Below are positions 27,897-41,300 of a stretch of 64,000 bases of DNA, in pieces (position 1 is the first letter of the stretch; each line of letters starts with the position of its first letter). The stretch spans positions 1 through 64,000 of the forward strand of contig NC_092680.1 of NCBI RefSeq assembly GCF_964355755.1. Reading direction: 5' to 3'. This DNA comes from Antedon mediterranea (taxonomy: Eukaryota > Animalia > Echinodermata). The position numbers were made by a program, and so were the translations under genes. A model generated the notes under the pieces. It was not told where the DNA came from and ran no database searches. It saw nothing but the letters and a program-made list of their open reading frames with translations.

Positions 27897-28472
27897 TTAT
27901 TGCTACAGTACACTAACACTAAATAGAATACTGAACACTGGATACTGAAAAGCTTTATTTTTCTATTATCATAGTAAAATAATAATAGAAATTCTTCTTA
28001 AAGATTAGGAAATATATATAAGTACAATAAAAAAACAGATATATAAAATATAAACAAAAAATGTAAATATAGAATACACACAGATTAACATTATTGGACA
28101 AAAACTTAAGTTTAAAAAGCAGTTACAGTTTGGAAGTTAAGTTAAAATACGATAAAATGCATAATAAAAATTAAAACGCTTAAAAAGTTGTAGTTTAAAA
28201 AGTTTCATTTACATATTCTTAACTAAAAAATACAGTATTTTATAAATTGTGATGTGAGTTAATACTATAGTCTATGGATGGCATTTGCAACAAAGGTATA
28301 GAAGTATCTGGTTCTGGTTGTCCTTGAAGTTATTGGAACATGTATTCTACTAATTCCGTTTAAACTTTAATTGATGATTGTAAAGTATTTTTTAAACGGG
28401 GTGATCAGTATCCTTAACTATCCAATCAATGTATATGTCATCTAATTGTATCAATCGATATTTAACGATATA

Positions 28473-30658
28473 CCGTAAATTTTATAATTGTAATTGTTTT
28501 TTAGGGTGGGTTAATATTAGAAGGGGGTGTATTACTAATCTTAAATTAGGCACCTGAAAATAGTAACCCATCCCTTAACTTTTCCGGTCAGCAACTCAGC
28601 AAAATAATAAAACAGTACGAATAAAAAAACTTGGTTGAACTCCAACTTTATTTAATAAACTCAAAAACACTCAATCCTTCCCCCACTCCCGAGATTAACA
28701 TGCATTATGATTATCTCCTTATTTTCAAAATACGGCTCAGCTGCATCATAAGTTGTTGTGACCCTATAGTAACCCCCATCATGATGGGTTACTACTAGAT
28801 TAGAGTAGAGTAGGCCTAGCCTGGCCGCCTAGGCCCGAATACAGATCACTCCGGCCGCGCTTCACTCCGGCAGCGCTTCACTCCAGCCGCGCTTCAATCC
28901 GGCCGCGCTTCAATCCGGCCGCGATTCATTCCAGCCGCGATTCATTCCGGCCGCAGCTATGGAGCGCCCAATGAGTCTTTTACAACCGAGAAACGTTTTT
29001 TGTAGAGAATCAAAATAAACATTTGTAATCATACAGTATATTTTTTCTCTTTCAGGATCACAACAACATCGCAAGTGTTTTAAATTAGGTCTAATGCTAA
29101 AACAAAATAATTTATGTGTTTTATCCAATGTATAGGCTAGTATATTAATTGTAATGTGATTAATTAATGTAATTTATTGCAATGTACCCTATATGTCATA
29201 TTATTTTTATCATATATAAATTAAAATATAAAATCATTGAACTGTACAAAAATGATATATTAATTCTTGATACAATTCCAGGTAACATTAATTAGACGGA
29301 TATTTGATTATTTGAAATAAATTAATTAATATTGTAAATATTGTTATTAACTATAACAAACATCAATAATAATTGATTATTTGAAATAAATTAATTAATA
29401 TTTTACAAATTGAATATTAACTATAATTAGTAAGTATGGGTACTGGCAAGATAAAGTGTTATAAAAATAAGGGTTTTAACTAATTTTTAATGTTAATAAA
29501 TGTAAAGCTATAAAAATGAATGTACATAGAAAGAAATTAAATATTGTTATTCAGGCATTAATTAGACGGGTATTTGATTATTTTTTTATTATTGAATTTA
29601 ATTAAGTTAAGTTTAGTTTGAAAGAAAAAGCAGTTCCAACTTCTTTGAATGTTATTGTTAATGAAAAAAGTAAAATTGTTGCTAATAAATATTCAATTAG
29701 TTCCATTTAAATTCACCAAGAATTTGTTATACGCCGTGGTTAGGATTCCGGCACCGGAACTCAACTGCCCACCGTTAGGGAATCCGACACGCTATTGCGC
29801 ATGCCCAGAGCTCTGGGAAGTGAATTATAGCTTGCACTAATAGTGCCACACCACCACACCACGAAGAGTCGCGAGTGTTATAGGGATTTACTGTAGCCTA
29901 GATAGTCGTTGCGCGAGCGAGAGAGCGATGGATGAAACTTGGCCTATGCCATACATGAATTAATAATTAAAATACGACTGCGCCACGCGTTAAAATAATT
30001 ATAATGATATTAATAAGTATCAGTATCTATCTAAGAATCGTAATGCTGTTTTTAGCGTTGCGACCCGAACAGTTTTTTCACATCCACGCGGTGGCTGCCG
30101 TCAACAAATCAACTTGTGATTGCATGTTGTTATGTACAGTATAATGCGTTATGAAAAATCATAAAACTAGTCATGTAATTATATAATTCATAATGATATG
30201 AATTTTATATATGAATGAAGCAACCACTTTTTAATTACAAAATAAATACTATAGGCCCCACTGGTCACGTCTAACTGGTAGCCCTAGCCTAGATTAGTGG
30301 CCATATTAGTAGGCATCTAGGCTAGTTCGCCGTGTGGCGCAGCTATGAAATTAATGATCCATCGATGTTGATAAGTATAGAGTCGCCGATTACCTCGCTC
30401 TGGGCATGCGCCGGACCAGACCGGAATCCAGTATAGAAAACGTAGATATGGGCGCTCCATACTAACGGCCCCTTTGCACAGAAAGTCGAATTGAATAGCG
30501 GCCGGAGTGCAAAACATCGCGCTAAACTGATACGGCGGCCGGATTGAAGCGCGGCCGGAGTGATCGGCTACCCTATAGGCCCTAGTAGGTTATTATTATA
30601 GATTGACTTAGAAGGGGGGTTTATATTAGAGTGTAGGTTACTATTACAAGATTTACGG
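28473..30658. mobile_element. Tc1/mariner-type non-autonomous element hosting a nested insertion
   Basis: TA|CCGTAAAT...ATTTACGG|TA termini, with repeated subterminal gggttaatattaga/gggtttatattaga motifs. Confidence 0.6.
28837..30573. mobile_element. Nested Mutator/foldback-like element with ~16-17-bp subterminal tandem repeats
   Basis: Left end gatcactccggccgcgcttca, with ttcactccggccgcgc-like units about 6 times. Right end tgaagcgcggccggagtgatc. The flanks cctaggccc/tataggccc are a possible degenerate 9-bp TSD. Confidence 0.65.
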
Positions 30659-30939
30659 TATTCAGCTTATATAATCCCTGGTTGGCTTTGTCTAAGTTCA
30701 TTTAGGCTAGGCCTACCTAAATATCGAGGATATCGGTACACGGCCAGCTGGGCGGACTCGGCTCGGCTCTCTTGTTGTTGCTCTCGCCTTCTCTCTCATA
30801 TGCAGCTGCTTTTATATATTTGGTATAGCAATACGCAATACAGTATTTAGCTTAATAACAAAATACTAAGCATATATAGTATATACAAAGTATTTAGGTG
30901 TTTTATAATTTAAAAAAAAATTTATAAATCTTTAAGTAC

Positions 30940-30995
30940 CTTTTTATATTGTAATTTCACAGCGACAATTTGAAATTTGCTGGCCACACACACTC
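30940..30995 (-). promoter_or_regulatory. Candidate HAUS6 non-coding first exon or promoter with a CHR-like TTTGAA
   Basis: The first coding exon has an acceptor at 27543, so an upstream exon must exist. A donor-like AAAG|GTACTT sits at 30940/30939 and TTTGAA at 30969-30974 (CHR elements mark G2/M genes). Inference only. Confidence 0.3.
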
Positions 30996-30999
30996 TCTA

Positions 31000-31481
31000 C
31001 AAAGAATATAATCACAAGAATGAGTATTCCGCGATTTTTGCATGAGAAATTTGTAACAGAGAGCTCCAGTGAGTGATGCCCGCCCTCATAAGGGCGGATG
31101 TATACATACTAAATAAGACTTGATAGATATTATACATGTCACATTAAATAGAATTATAATAGTTTTTACCGGTCACGCTATCGTAGCGCCCGGTTGATAA
31201 AGCAAACTGTTTATACGGCAGTTTTTACTAAATAAATTGCCTAAAACGAACTATTAAATATCCAAATAGTATTTAACATGATGTTGGCATGTACTAGTTG
31301 ATAACATTTTTTATCATGAAAATACTCACCGGTGGTCCAGCCTTTGATTAGTGAAACCGTCACAAAAAGTTGTATACATCCCAGATACATCCACACTTAT
31401 GGCGGCGCCCTACCACATGGACAATATTACTGTTACAGGAAAAATCGCGGATTACTCATTCTTGTGATGATATATTCTTTG
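31000..31481. mobile_element. MITE with CAAAG...CTTTG termini (P-like ends)
   Basis: ~40-bp inverted repeats: caaagaatataatcacaagaatgagtattccgcgattttt and aaaaatcgcggattactcattcttgtgatgatatattctttg. Flanks are ctctcta/ctctcgc. Confidence 0.65.
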
Positions 31482-31583
31482 CTCTCGCTCTATCGACGAT
31501 CTAGAGAAAGAGTGTACCCATCGTTGCCAGAGATAAAATTTGAATTATGCCGCCTTAATAAATACCAGATTGGGCCAAATAAT

Positions 31584-34005
31584 GAGGTATATTCAGAGAG
31601 CGTCATTTCGACGATCGAGCATTCTCTACTTCTACGGAGCGCCATTTATGCCTTTATTTACTTATATAGAAATAGTACTACGGTAGCTGCTCCAGTGGAC
31701 CAAATTTAGCACTAGTGGAGCGCAGTGTGATATAAAATAGAAATAAGTCACTGAATTTTAATATCTTTTCGTATGTTAATACACTGTGCTCAAGTGAACC
31801 CAATTTGGATCCAGTGGAGCACAGTGATATAAAATAGAAATAAGTCACTAAATTTTAATATCTTTTCGTATGTTAATACACTGTGCTCAAGTGGACAAAA
31901 TTTGGAGCCAATGGAGCACAGTGATATAAAATAGAAAAAAGTCACTGACTTTTAACATCTTTTCGTATGTTAATAAACTGTGCTCAAGTGGACCCAATTT
32001 TGAGCCAGTGGAGCACAGTGATATAAAATAGAAAAAAGTCACTGAATTTTAATATCATTTCGTATGTTAATACACTGTGCTCAAGTGGACCCAATTTGGC
32101 GAAAGGAGAGCACAGTGATATAAAATATAGAAATAAGTCATTGAATGTTAATATATTTTCGTATGTTAATACGCTGTGCTCGAGTGGACCTAATTTGGCG
32201 CCAGTGGAGCACAGTGATATAAAATATGGAAAAAGTCACTGAATTTTAATATCTTTTCGTATTTAATATACACTATGCTCAAGTGGACCCGATTTGGAGC
32301 CAGGGGAGCACTGTGATATAAAATAGAAATAAGTCACTGAATTTTAATATCTTTTCGTATGTTAATACACTGTGCTTACGTGGACCCAATTTGGCGCGCG
32401 CGCCAGTGAGCACAGTAATATAAAATAGAAAAAAATCACTAAATTTTAATATCTTTTCGTATGTTAATACACTGTGCTCAAGTGGACCCAATTTGGCACC
32501 AATGGGAGCACAGGGAAATAGTCACATACAAAAACATCGAGAAAAAATACTTCTGGAATTTAAAAATATTCAAACTTGGTATATATGTTCAATATCGGTT
32601 ACTCAATCCGTAAACCAAAAGAAAAAATAGTTTCAAGCCACATCAGTGATTTTAATAACTTGCGTTCGCTTAAGATAATACTTATGAAAAAACATACAAT
32701 TCCGACACATATTATGTTAAACTCTAATAATGATTTTGACAACAACAAAAACGGTTAGGAATTCGAATTTTTCCCTGTAAATTGAGCAACTTAAATAAAA
32801 AATATACCAAGAAATATATATTGAAATCAAGGAGTATTTTTTTTGTACAAAAGAAATGTTCGTATGTTAATACACTGTGCTCCAGTGGATCCAATTTGGC
32901 GCCAGTGGAGCACAGTGTATTGAAATACGAAAAGATATTATAATTTAGTGACTTTTTTCTATTTTATATCACTGTGTGCTCACTGGCGCGCGCGCCAAAT
33001 TGGGTCCACGTGAGACAGTGTATTAACATACGAAAAGATATTAAAATTCAGTGACAATTATTTCTATTTTATATCACTGTGCTCCACTGGCGCCAAATTA
33101 GGTCCACTTGAGCACAGTGTATTAACATACGAAAAGATGTTAACATTCAGTGACTTATTTCTATTTTATATCACTGTGCTCCACTGGCTCCAAATTGGGT
33201 TCACTTGAGCACAGTGTATTAACATACGAAAAGATATTAAAATTCAGTGACTTTTTTATATTTTATATCACTGTCCTCCACTGGCTCCAAATTGGGTCCA
33301 CATGAGCACAGTGTATTAACATACGAAAAGATATTAAAATTCAGTGACTTTTTTCTATTTTATATCACTGTCCTCCACTGGCTCCAAATTGGGTCCACAT
33401 GAGCACAGTGTATTAACATACGAAAAGATATTAAAATTCAGTGACTTTTCTATTTTATATCACTGCGCTCCCCTGGCTCCAAATTGGGTCGACTTGATCA
33501 CAGTGTATTAACATACAAAAAGATATTCAAATTTGGTGACTTTTTTCTATTTTATATCACTGTGCTCCCCTGCCTCCAAATTGGGTCCACTTGAGCACAG
33601 TGTATTAACATACGAAAAGATACTAAAAATCATTGACTTATTTCTATTTTATATAAATGTGCTCTCCTGGCTCCAAATTGGGTCCACTTGAGCAGTGTTA
33701 TTAACATACGAAAAGATATTAAAATTCAGTGACTTATTTCTATTTTATATCACTGTGCTCCTCACTGGCGCCAAATTGTGTCCACTTGAGCACAGTGTAT
33801 TTACATACGAAAAGATATTAAAATTAGTGACTTATTTCTATTTTATATCACTGTGCTCCACCGGTGCTAAATTTGGTCCACTGGAGCAGTTACCGTAGTA
33901 CTATTTCTAATTCGGAAGTAAATAAAGGCATAAATGGCGCTCCTTAGAAGTAAATAGTGAAGTAGAGAATGCTCGATCGTCGAAATGACGCTCTGAATAT
34001 ACCTC
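31584..34005. mobile_element. Foldback-type element (2422 bp) with opposed ~97-bp tandem arrays
   Basis: GAGGTATATTCAGAG...CTCTGAATATACCTC termini, ~130-bp unique TIRs, and a 7-bp direct repeat AAATAAT at 31577-31583 and 34006-34012. About 8 forward units (31715-32512), a unique spacer, then about 10 reverse units (to ~33890). Confidence 0.88.
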
Positions 34006-34269
34006 AAATAATTCCAAATCCTCTAAATGTGGCACTAAATAGCGCCACCAACGGTTGCATGCCTAAAAAGGCCTGTAAAACCCTAACTGACACAAAATGA
34101 AGGCCTAAAATGATATTCCAATGTTGTTGAAATACTGTATTATATTTTTAGTTTTGTGTGTAATAACTAGTAATTTCTCTAAATGTTTGGGGTGCGAAAA
34201 TTGTAAATGAGGATGACCCTCCCTTCATTCCCCACACAAACAAAACCCCACAGCTCCGGGAAAGAAAAT

Positions 34270-34631
34270 GTTTAGTCGCGTGCGACTCTAAAGCGTGGTT
34301 CCCACTAGCGACGCAACGCAAGGACGTAACGCAACGCAAGTGAATTGACCAATCACAAGCGATGGCTTATTCGTTTGTGATTGCTAACTGTCTATAGCTT
34401 CGCTTCAGCGAAGTTATAGACAGTTAGCAATCACAAGCGAATAAGCTAGCAATCACAAGCGAATAAGCCATCGCTTGTGATTGGTCAATTCACTTGCGTT
34501 GCGTTACGTCCTTGTGTTGCGTCGCTAGTGGGAACCACGCTTACAGCTCACTATGTCGGTCGGTCAGTCGGTAAACACTAACTAAAATTTGCGCACATAA
34601 CTGCAGTCATGTATAGGCCTATGGCCTTGTT
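34270..34631 (+). mobile_element. Helentron-associated (DINE-1/HINE-like) element, interrupted by a MITE
   Basis: Head tttagtcgcgt..gcgactcta, a GTCG/GTCA microsatellite, and a ggccttgtt end. A related copy lies on the minus strand at 54358-54463. Confidence 0.55.
34291..34542. mobile_element. Near-fully palindromic MITE (Harbinger-like ends)
   Basis: AAGCGTGGTTCCCACTAGCGACGCAACG...TGTTGCGTCGCTAGTGGGAACCACGCTT. It is inverted almost to the centre (cgct-tc-agcg), with one ~23-bp duplication in the right arm. Confidence 0.85.
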
Positions 34632-34872
34632 AATGTTGTAGAGCCGACAGACCGATGTTCGGAAATAATTGTCTCCATGACCTCAACCACACATGTTGGG
34701 GCTGAGGGAATAAAATTTGGGAAAATAGAGCTGCCACATAATGCACACGGAAATGGCACTTAAAATTTGAAATATGGAAAAAAAAAGTCTCAGGAGAATT
34801 TTGTTTTGAAAAATTAGAGCTGCTAAATTATCGGAAATTGTCCTTTCCGGGTTGGGGAGGGGTGTGGCAGCA

Positions 34873-35169
34873 TCTATATACTAATAATTATTGGTTGCGT
34901 AACTTTACGTAGGTCTCTCCTCCGAAACCGCTGAATGTACCTGCTTACATTTGGCACACGTGATGTTTCTTGATAGGCCGCACACGAAGGCTATATCATT
35001 TCGCCTGAATTTTAAGGATAAAACTAAACAAAAGGCAAACAAAGTTTCGCGAGTTGTTACAACACGTAAGTACGCAACCTTCTGCTGTGTACCGCACTGG
35101 ATCTACAAATACCATGCCAAGTCCGCCACCAAATAAAAACAGTGTAGTCTCGACAGCCGGCCAATCGTA
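34873..35169 (+). mobile_element. Possible Helitron 5' portion (host of the large foldback)
   Basis: Begins A|TCTATATACTAATAA, typical of non-autonomous Helitron 5' ends. No clear 3' hairpin/CTRR end was found. Confidence 0.35.
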
Positions 35170-35325
35170 TTGACTGATGCTTGTGTCAAGCTAGCCAACA
35201 ATAAGCCAGCCAACAATAAGCCAGCCCACTTTTATTTTTTCCAGCCAACAATAACTATGAAACGCCGTTTGTGCATTCTTTACATTTTCATTGTTACTTA
35301 TGGCTTTTATGGTATTAGGAATTAA

Positions 35326-38300
35326 ATATTTGTGAGAAAAACGGCGGATTGTTCCTGGGATTCACTAGGTGGGATTATACTAGGGTACCCCCTTAGTCGT
35401 CCAGTATAAGTTAGAGTGGGACCAATGGTGCCGTTTACTCAGCCCTCATCTTTAAAATTTGAGTGTAACTCAATTACAATTTTTAAAATATAGTTATATT
35501 TGAAACTGTATTTGTGAGAAAATGGCGGATTGTTCCTGGGAGTCACTTGGTGGGATTATACTAGGGTACCCCCTTAGTCGTCCAGTATAAGTTAGAGTGC
35601 GACCACTGGTCCCGTTTACACAGCCCTCATCTTTTAAATTTGAGTGTAACTCATTTACGATTAAAAAAATATAGTGAAATTTGATACTGTATTTGTGAGA
35701 AAATGGCGGATTGTTCCTGGGAGTCACTTGGTGGGATTATACTAGGGTACCTCCTTAGTTGTCCAGTATAAGTTAGAGTGGGACCACTGGTTCCGTTTAC
35801 TCAGCCCTCATCTTTAACATTTGAGTGTAACTCATTTACGACTTTAAAATATAGTGAAATTTGATACTGTATTTGTGAGAAAACGGCGGATTGTTCCTGA
35901 GAGTCACTTGGTGGGATTATACTAGGGTGCCTCCTTAGTCGTCCAGTATAAGTTAGAGTGGGACCACTGGTCCCGTTTACTCAGCCCTCATCTTTTAAAT
36001 TTAAGTGTAACTCATTTACGATTTTAAAAATATAGTGAAATTAGATACTGTATTTTTGTGAGAAAACGGCGGATTGTTCCTGGGAGTCACATGGTGGCAT
36101 TATACTAAGGTACGTCCTTAGTCGTCAAGTATAAGTTAGAGTGCGACCACTGGTTCCGTTTACTCAGCCCTCATCTTTTAAATTTGAGTGTAACTCAATT
36201 ACGGTAAAAAAAGTTAAAATATAGTGAAAATTGATACTGTATTTGTGAGAAAATGGCGGATTGTTCCTTGGAGTCACTTGGTGGGATTATACTAGGGTAC
36301 CTCCTTAGTTATCCAGTAGAAGTTAGAGTGGGACCACTGGTCCCGTTTACCCAGCCCTCATCTTTAACGTTTGAGTGTAACTCAATTACGATTAATATTT
36401 TAAAATATAGTGAAATTTGATACTGTATTTGTGAGAAAATGGCGGATTGTTCCCGAGAGTCACTTGGTGGGATTATACTAGGGTACCTCCTTAGTTGTCC
36501 AGTTTAAGTTAGAGTGGGACCACTGTTCCCGTTTACTCAGCCCTTATCTTTAAAATTTGAGTGTAACTCATTTACGATTAATATTTTAAAATATAGTGAA
36601 ATTTGATACTGTATTTGTGAGAAAATGGCGGATTGTTCCTGAGAGCCACTTGGTGGGATTATACTAGGGTACCCCCTTAGTTGTGCAGTATAAGTTAGAG
36701 TGGGACCACTGGTCCCGTTTACTCAGCCCTCATCTTTAAAATTTGAGTGTAACTCATTTACGATTTTTAAAATATAGTAAAATTTGAAACTGTATTTGTG
36801 AGAAAACGGCGGATTGTTCCTGGGAGTCACATTGTGGCATTATACTAAGGTACGTCCTTAGTCGTCCAGTATAAGTTAGAGTGCGACCACTGGTTCCGTT
36901 TACTCAGCCCTCATCTTTTAAATTTGAGTGTAACTCAATTACGGTAAAAAATTTTAAAATATAGTGAAAATTGATACTGTATTTGTGAGAAAATGGCGGA
37001 TTGTTCCTTGGAGTCACTTGGTGGGATTATACTAGGGTACCTCCTTAGTTGTCCAGTAGAGGTTAGAGTGGGACCACTGGTCCCGTTTACTCAGCCCTCA
37101 TCTTTAACGTTTGAGTGTAACTCAATTACGATTAATATTTTAAAATATAGTGAAATTTCATACTGTATTTGTGAGAAAATGGCGGATTGTTCCTGGGAGC
37201 CACTTGGTGGGATTATACTAGGGTACCCCCTTAGTTGTGCAGTATAAGTTAGAGTGGGACCACTGGTCCCGTTTACTCAGCCCTCATCTTTAAAATTTGA
37301 ATGTAACTCATTTACGATTTTTAAAATATAGTAAAATTTGAAACTGTATTTGTGAGAAAACGGCGGATTGTTCCTGAGAGTCACTTGGTGGGATTATACT
37401 AGGGTACCTCCTTAGTTGTCCAGTATAAGTTAGAGTGGGACCACTGGTCCCGTTTACTCAGCCCTCATCTTTAAAATTTGAGTGTAACTCATTTACGATT
37501 TTTAAAATATAGTGAAATTTGATACTGTGTTTGTGAGAAAACGGCGGATTGTTCCTGAAAGTCACTTGGTGGGATTATACTAGGGTACCCCCTTAGTCGT
37601 CCAGTATAGGTTAGAGTGGGACCACTGGTCCCGTTTACTGAGCCCTCATCTTTTAAATTTGAGTGTAACTCAATTACGGTAAAAAAATTTAAAATATAGT
37701 GAAAATTGATACTGTATTTGTGAGAAAATGGCGGATTGTTCCTTGGAGTCACTTGGTGGGATTATACTAGGGTACCTCCTTAGTTGTCCAGTAGAAGTTA
37801 GAGTGGGACCACTGGTCCCGTTTACCCAGCCCTCATCTTTAACGTTTGAGTGTAACTCAATTACGATTAATATTTTAAAATATAGTGAAATTTGATACTG
37901 TATTTGTGAGAAAATGGCGGATTGTTCCCGAGAGTCACTTGGTGGGATTATACTAGGGTACCTCCTTAGTTGTCCAGTTTAAGTTAGAGTGGGACCACTG
38001 TTCCCGTTTACTCAGCCCTTATCTTTAAAATTTGAGTGTAACTCATTTACGATTAATATTTTAAAATATAGTGAAATTTGATACTGTATTTGTGAGAAAA
38101 TGGCGGATTGTTCCTGAGAGCCACTTGGTGGGATTATACTAGAGTACCCCCTTAGTTGTGCAGTATAAGTTAGAGTGGGACCACTGGTCCCGTTTACTCA
38201 GCCCTCATCTTTAAAATTTGAGTGTAACTCATTTACGATTTTTAAAATATAGTAAAATTTGAAACTGTATTTGTGAAAAAACGGCGAATTGTTCCTGGGA

Positions 38301-41300
38301 GTCACATTGTGGCATTATACTAAGGTACGTCCTTAGTCGTCCAGTATAAGTTAGAGTGCGACCACTGGTTCCGTTTACTCAGCCCTCATCTTTTAAATTT
38401 GAGTGTAACTCAATTACGGTAAAAAAATTTAAAATATAGTGAAAATTGATACTGTATTTGTGAGAAAATGGCGGATTGTTCCTTGGAGTCACTTGGTGGG
38501 ATTATACTAGGGTACCTCCTTAGTTGTCCAGTAGAGGTTAGAGTGGGACCACTGGTCCCGTTTACTCAGCCCTCATCTTTAACGTTTGAGTGTAACTCAA
38601 TTACGATTAATATTTTAAAATATAGTGAAATTTCATACTGTATTTGTGAGAAAATGGCGGATTGTTCCTGGGAGCCACTTGGTAGGATTATACTAGGGTA
38701 CCCCCCTTAGTTGTGCAGTATAAGTTAGAGTGGGACCACTGGTCCCGTTTACTCAGCCCTCATCTTTAAAATTTGAATGTAACTCATTTACGATTTTTAA
38801 AATATAGTAAAATTTGAAACTGTATTTGTGAGAAAACGGCGGATTGTTCCTCAGAGTCACTTGGTGGGATTATACTAGGGTACCTCCTTAGTTGTCCAGT
38901 ATAAGTTAGAGTGGGACCACTGGTCCCGTTTACTCAGCCCTCATCTTTAAAATTTGAGTGTAACTCATTTACGATTTTTAAAATATAGTGAAATTTGATA
39001 CTGTATTTGTGAGAAAACGGCGGATTGTTCCTGAAAGTCACTTGGTGGGATTATACTAGGGTACCCCCTTAGTCGTCCAGTATAAGTTAGAGTGGGACCA
39101 CTGGTCCCGTTTACTGAGCCCTCATCTTTTAAATTTGAGTGTAACTCATTTACGATTTTTAAAATATAGTAAAATTTGATACTGTATTTGTGAGAAAATG
39201 GCGGATTGTTCCTGGGAGCCACTTGGTGGGATTATACTAGCGTACCTCCTTAGTTGTCCAGTTTAAGTTAGAGTGGGACCACTGGTCCCGTTTACTCAAC
39301 CCTTATCTTAAAAATTTGAGTGTAACTCAATTACGAATAATATTTTAAAATATAGTGAAATTTGATACTGTATTTGTGAGAAAATGGCGGATTGTTCCTG
39401 GGAGTCACTTGGTGGGATTATACTAGGGTACCCCCTTAGTCGTCCAGTATAAGTTAGAGTGCGACCAATGGTCCCGTTTACTCAGCCCTCATCTTTAAAA
39501 TTTGAGTGTAACTCATTTACGATTTTTAAAATATAGTGAATTTTGAAACTGTATTTGTGAGAAAACGGCGGATTGTTCCTGAGATTCACTTGGTGGGATT
39601 ATACTAGGGTACACCCTTAGTCGTCCAGTATAAGTTAGAGTGGGACCACTGGTCCCGTTTACCCAGCCCTCATCTTTAACGTTTGAGTGTAACTCAATTA
39701 CGATTAATATTTTAAAATATAGTGAAATTTGATACTGTATTTGTGAGAAAATGGCGGATTGTTCCCGAGAGTCACTTGGTGGGATTATACTAGGGTACCT
39801 CCTTAGTTGTCCAGTTTAAGTTAGAGTGGGACCACTGTTCCCGTTTACTCAGCCCTTATCTTTAAAATTTGAGTGTAACTCATTTACGATTAATATTTTA
39901 AAATATAGTGAAATTTGATACTGTATTTGTGAGAAAATGGCGGATTGTTCCTGAGAGCCACTTGGTGGGATTATACTAGGGTACCCCCTTAGTTGTGCAG
40001 TATAAGTTAGAGTGGGACCACTGGTCCCGTTTACTCTGCCCTCATTTTTAAAATTTGAGTGTAACTCATTTACGATTTTTAAAATATAGTAAAATTTGAA
40101 ACTGTATTTGTGAAAAAAAGGCGGATTGTTCCTGGGAGTCACATTGTGGCATTATACTAAGGTACGTCCTTAGTCGTCCAGTATAAGTTAGAGTGCGACC
40201 ACTGGTTCCGTTTACTCAGCCCTCATCTTTTAAATTTGAGTGTAACTCAATTACGGTAAAAAAATTTAAAATATAGTGAAAATTGATACTGTATTTGTGA
40301 GAAAATGGCGGATTGTTCCTTGGAGTCACTTGGTGGGATTATACTAGGGTACCTCCTTAGTTGTCCAGTAGAGGTTAGAGTGGGACCACTGGTCCCGTTT
40401 ACTCAGCCCTCATCTTTAACCTTTGAGTGTAACTCAATTACGATTAATATTTTAAAATATAGTGAAATTTCATACTGTATTTGTGAGAAAATGGCGGATT
40501 GTTCCTGGGAGCCACTTGGTGGGATTATACTAGGGTACCCCCTTAGTTGTGCAGTATAAGTTAGAGTGGGACCACTGGTCCCGTTTACTCAGCCCTCATC
40601 TTTAAAATTTGAATGTAACTCATTTACGATTTTTAAAATATAGTAAAATTTGAAACTGTATTTGTGAGAAAACGGCGGATTGTTCCTGAGAGTCACTTGG
40701 TGGGATTATACTAGGGTACCTCCTTAGTTGTCCAGTATAAGTTAGAGTGGGACCACTGGTCCCGTTTACTCAGCCCTCATCTTTAAAATTTGAGTGTAAC
40801 TCATTTACGATTTTTAAAATATAGTGAAATTTGATACTGTATTTGTGAGAAAACGGCGGATTGTTCCTGAAAGTCACTTGGTGGGATTATACTAGGGTAC
40901 CCCCTTAGTCGTCCAGTATAAGTTAGAGTGGGACCACTGGTCCCGTTTACTGAGCCCTCATCTTTTAAATTTGAGTGTAACTCATTTACGATTTTTAAAA
41001 TATAGTAAAATTTGATACTGTATTTGTGAGAAAATGGCGGATTGTTCCTGGGAGCCACTTGGTGGGATTATACTAGCGTACCTCCTTAGTTGTCCAGTTT
41101 AAGTTAGAGTGGGACCACTGGTCCCGTTTACTCAACCCTTATCTTAAAAATTTGAGTGTAACTCAATTACGAATAATATTTTAAAATATAGTGAAATTTG
41201 ATACTGTATTTGTGAGAAAATGGCGGATTGTTCCTGGGAGTCACTTGGTGGGATTATACTAGGGTACCCCCTTAGTCGTCCAGTATAAGTTAGAGTGCGA

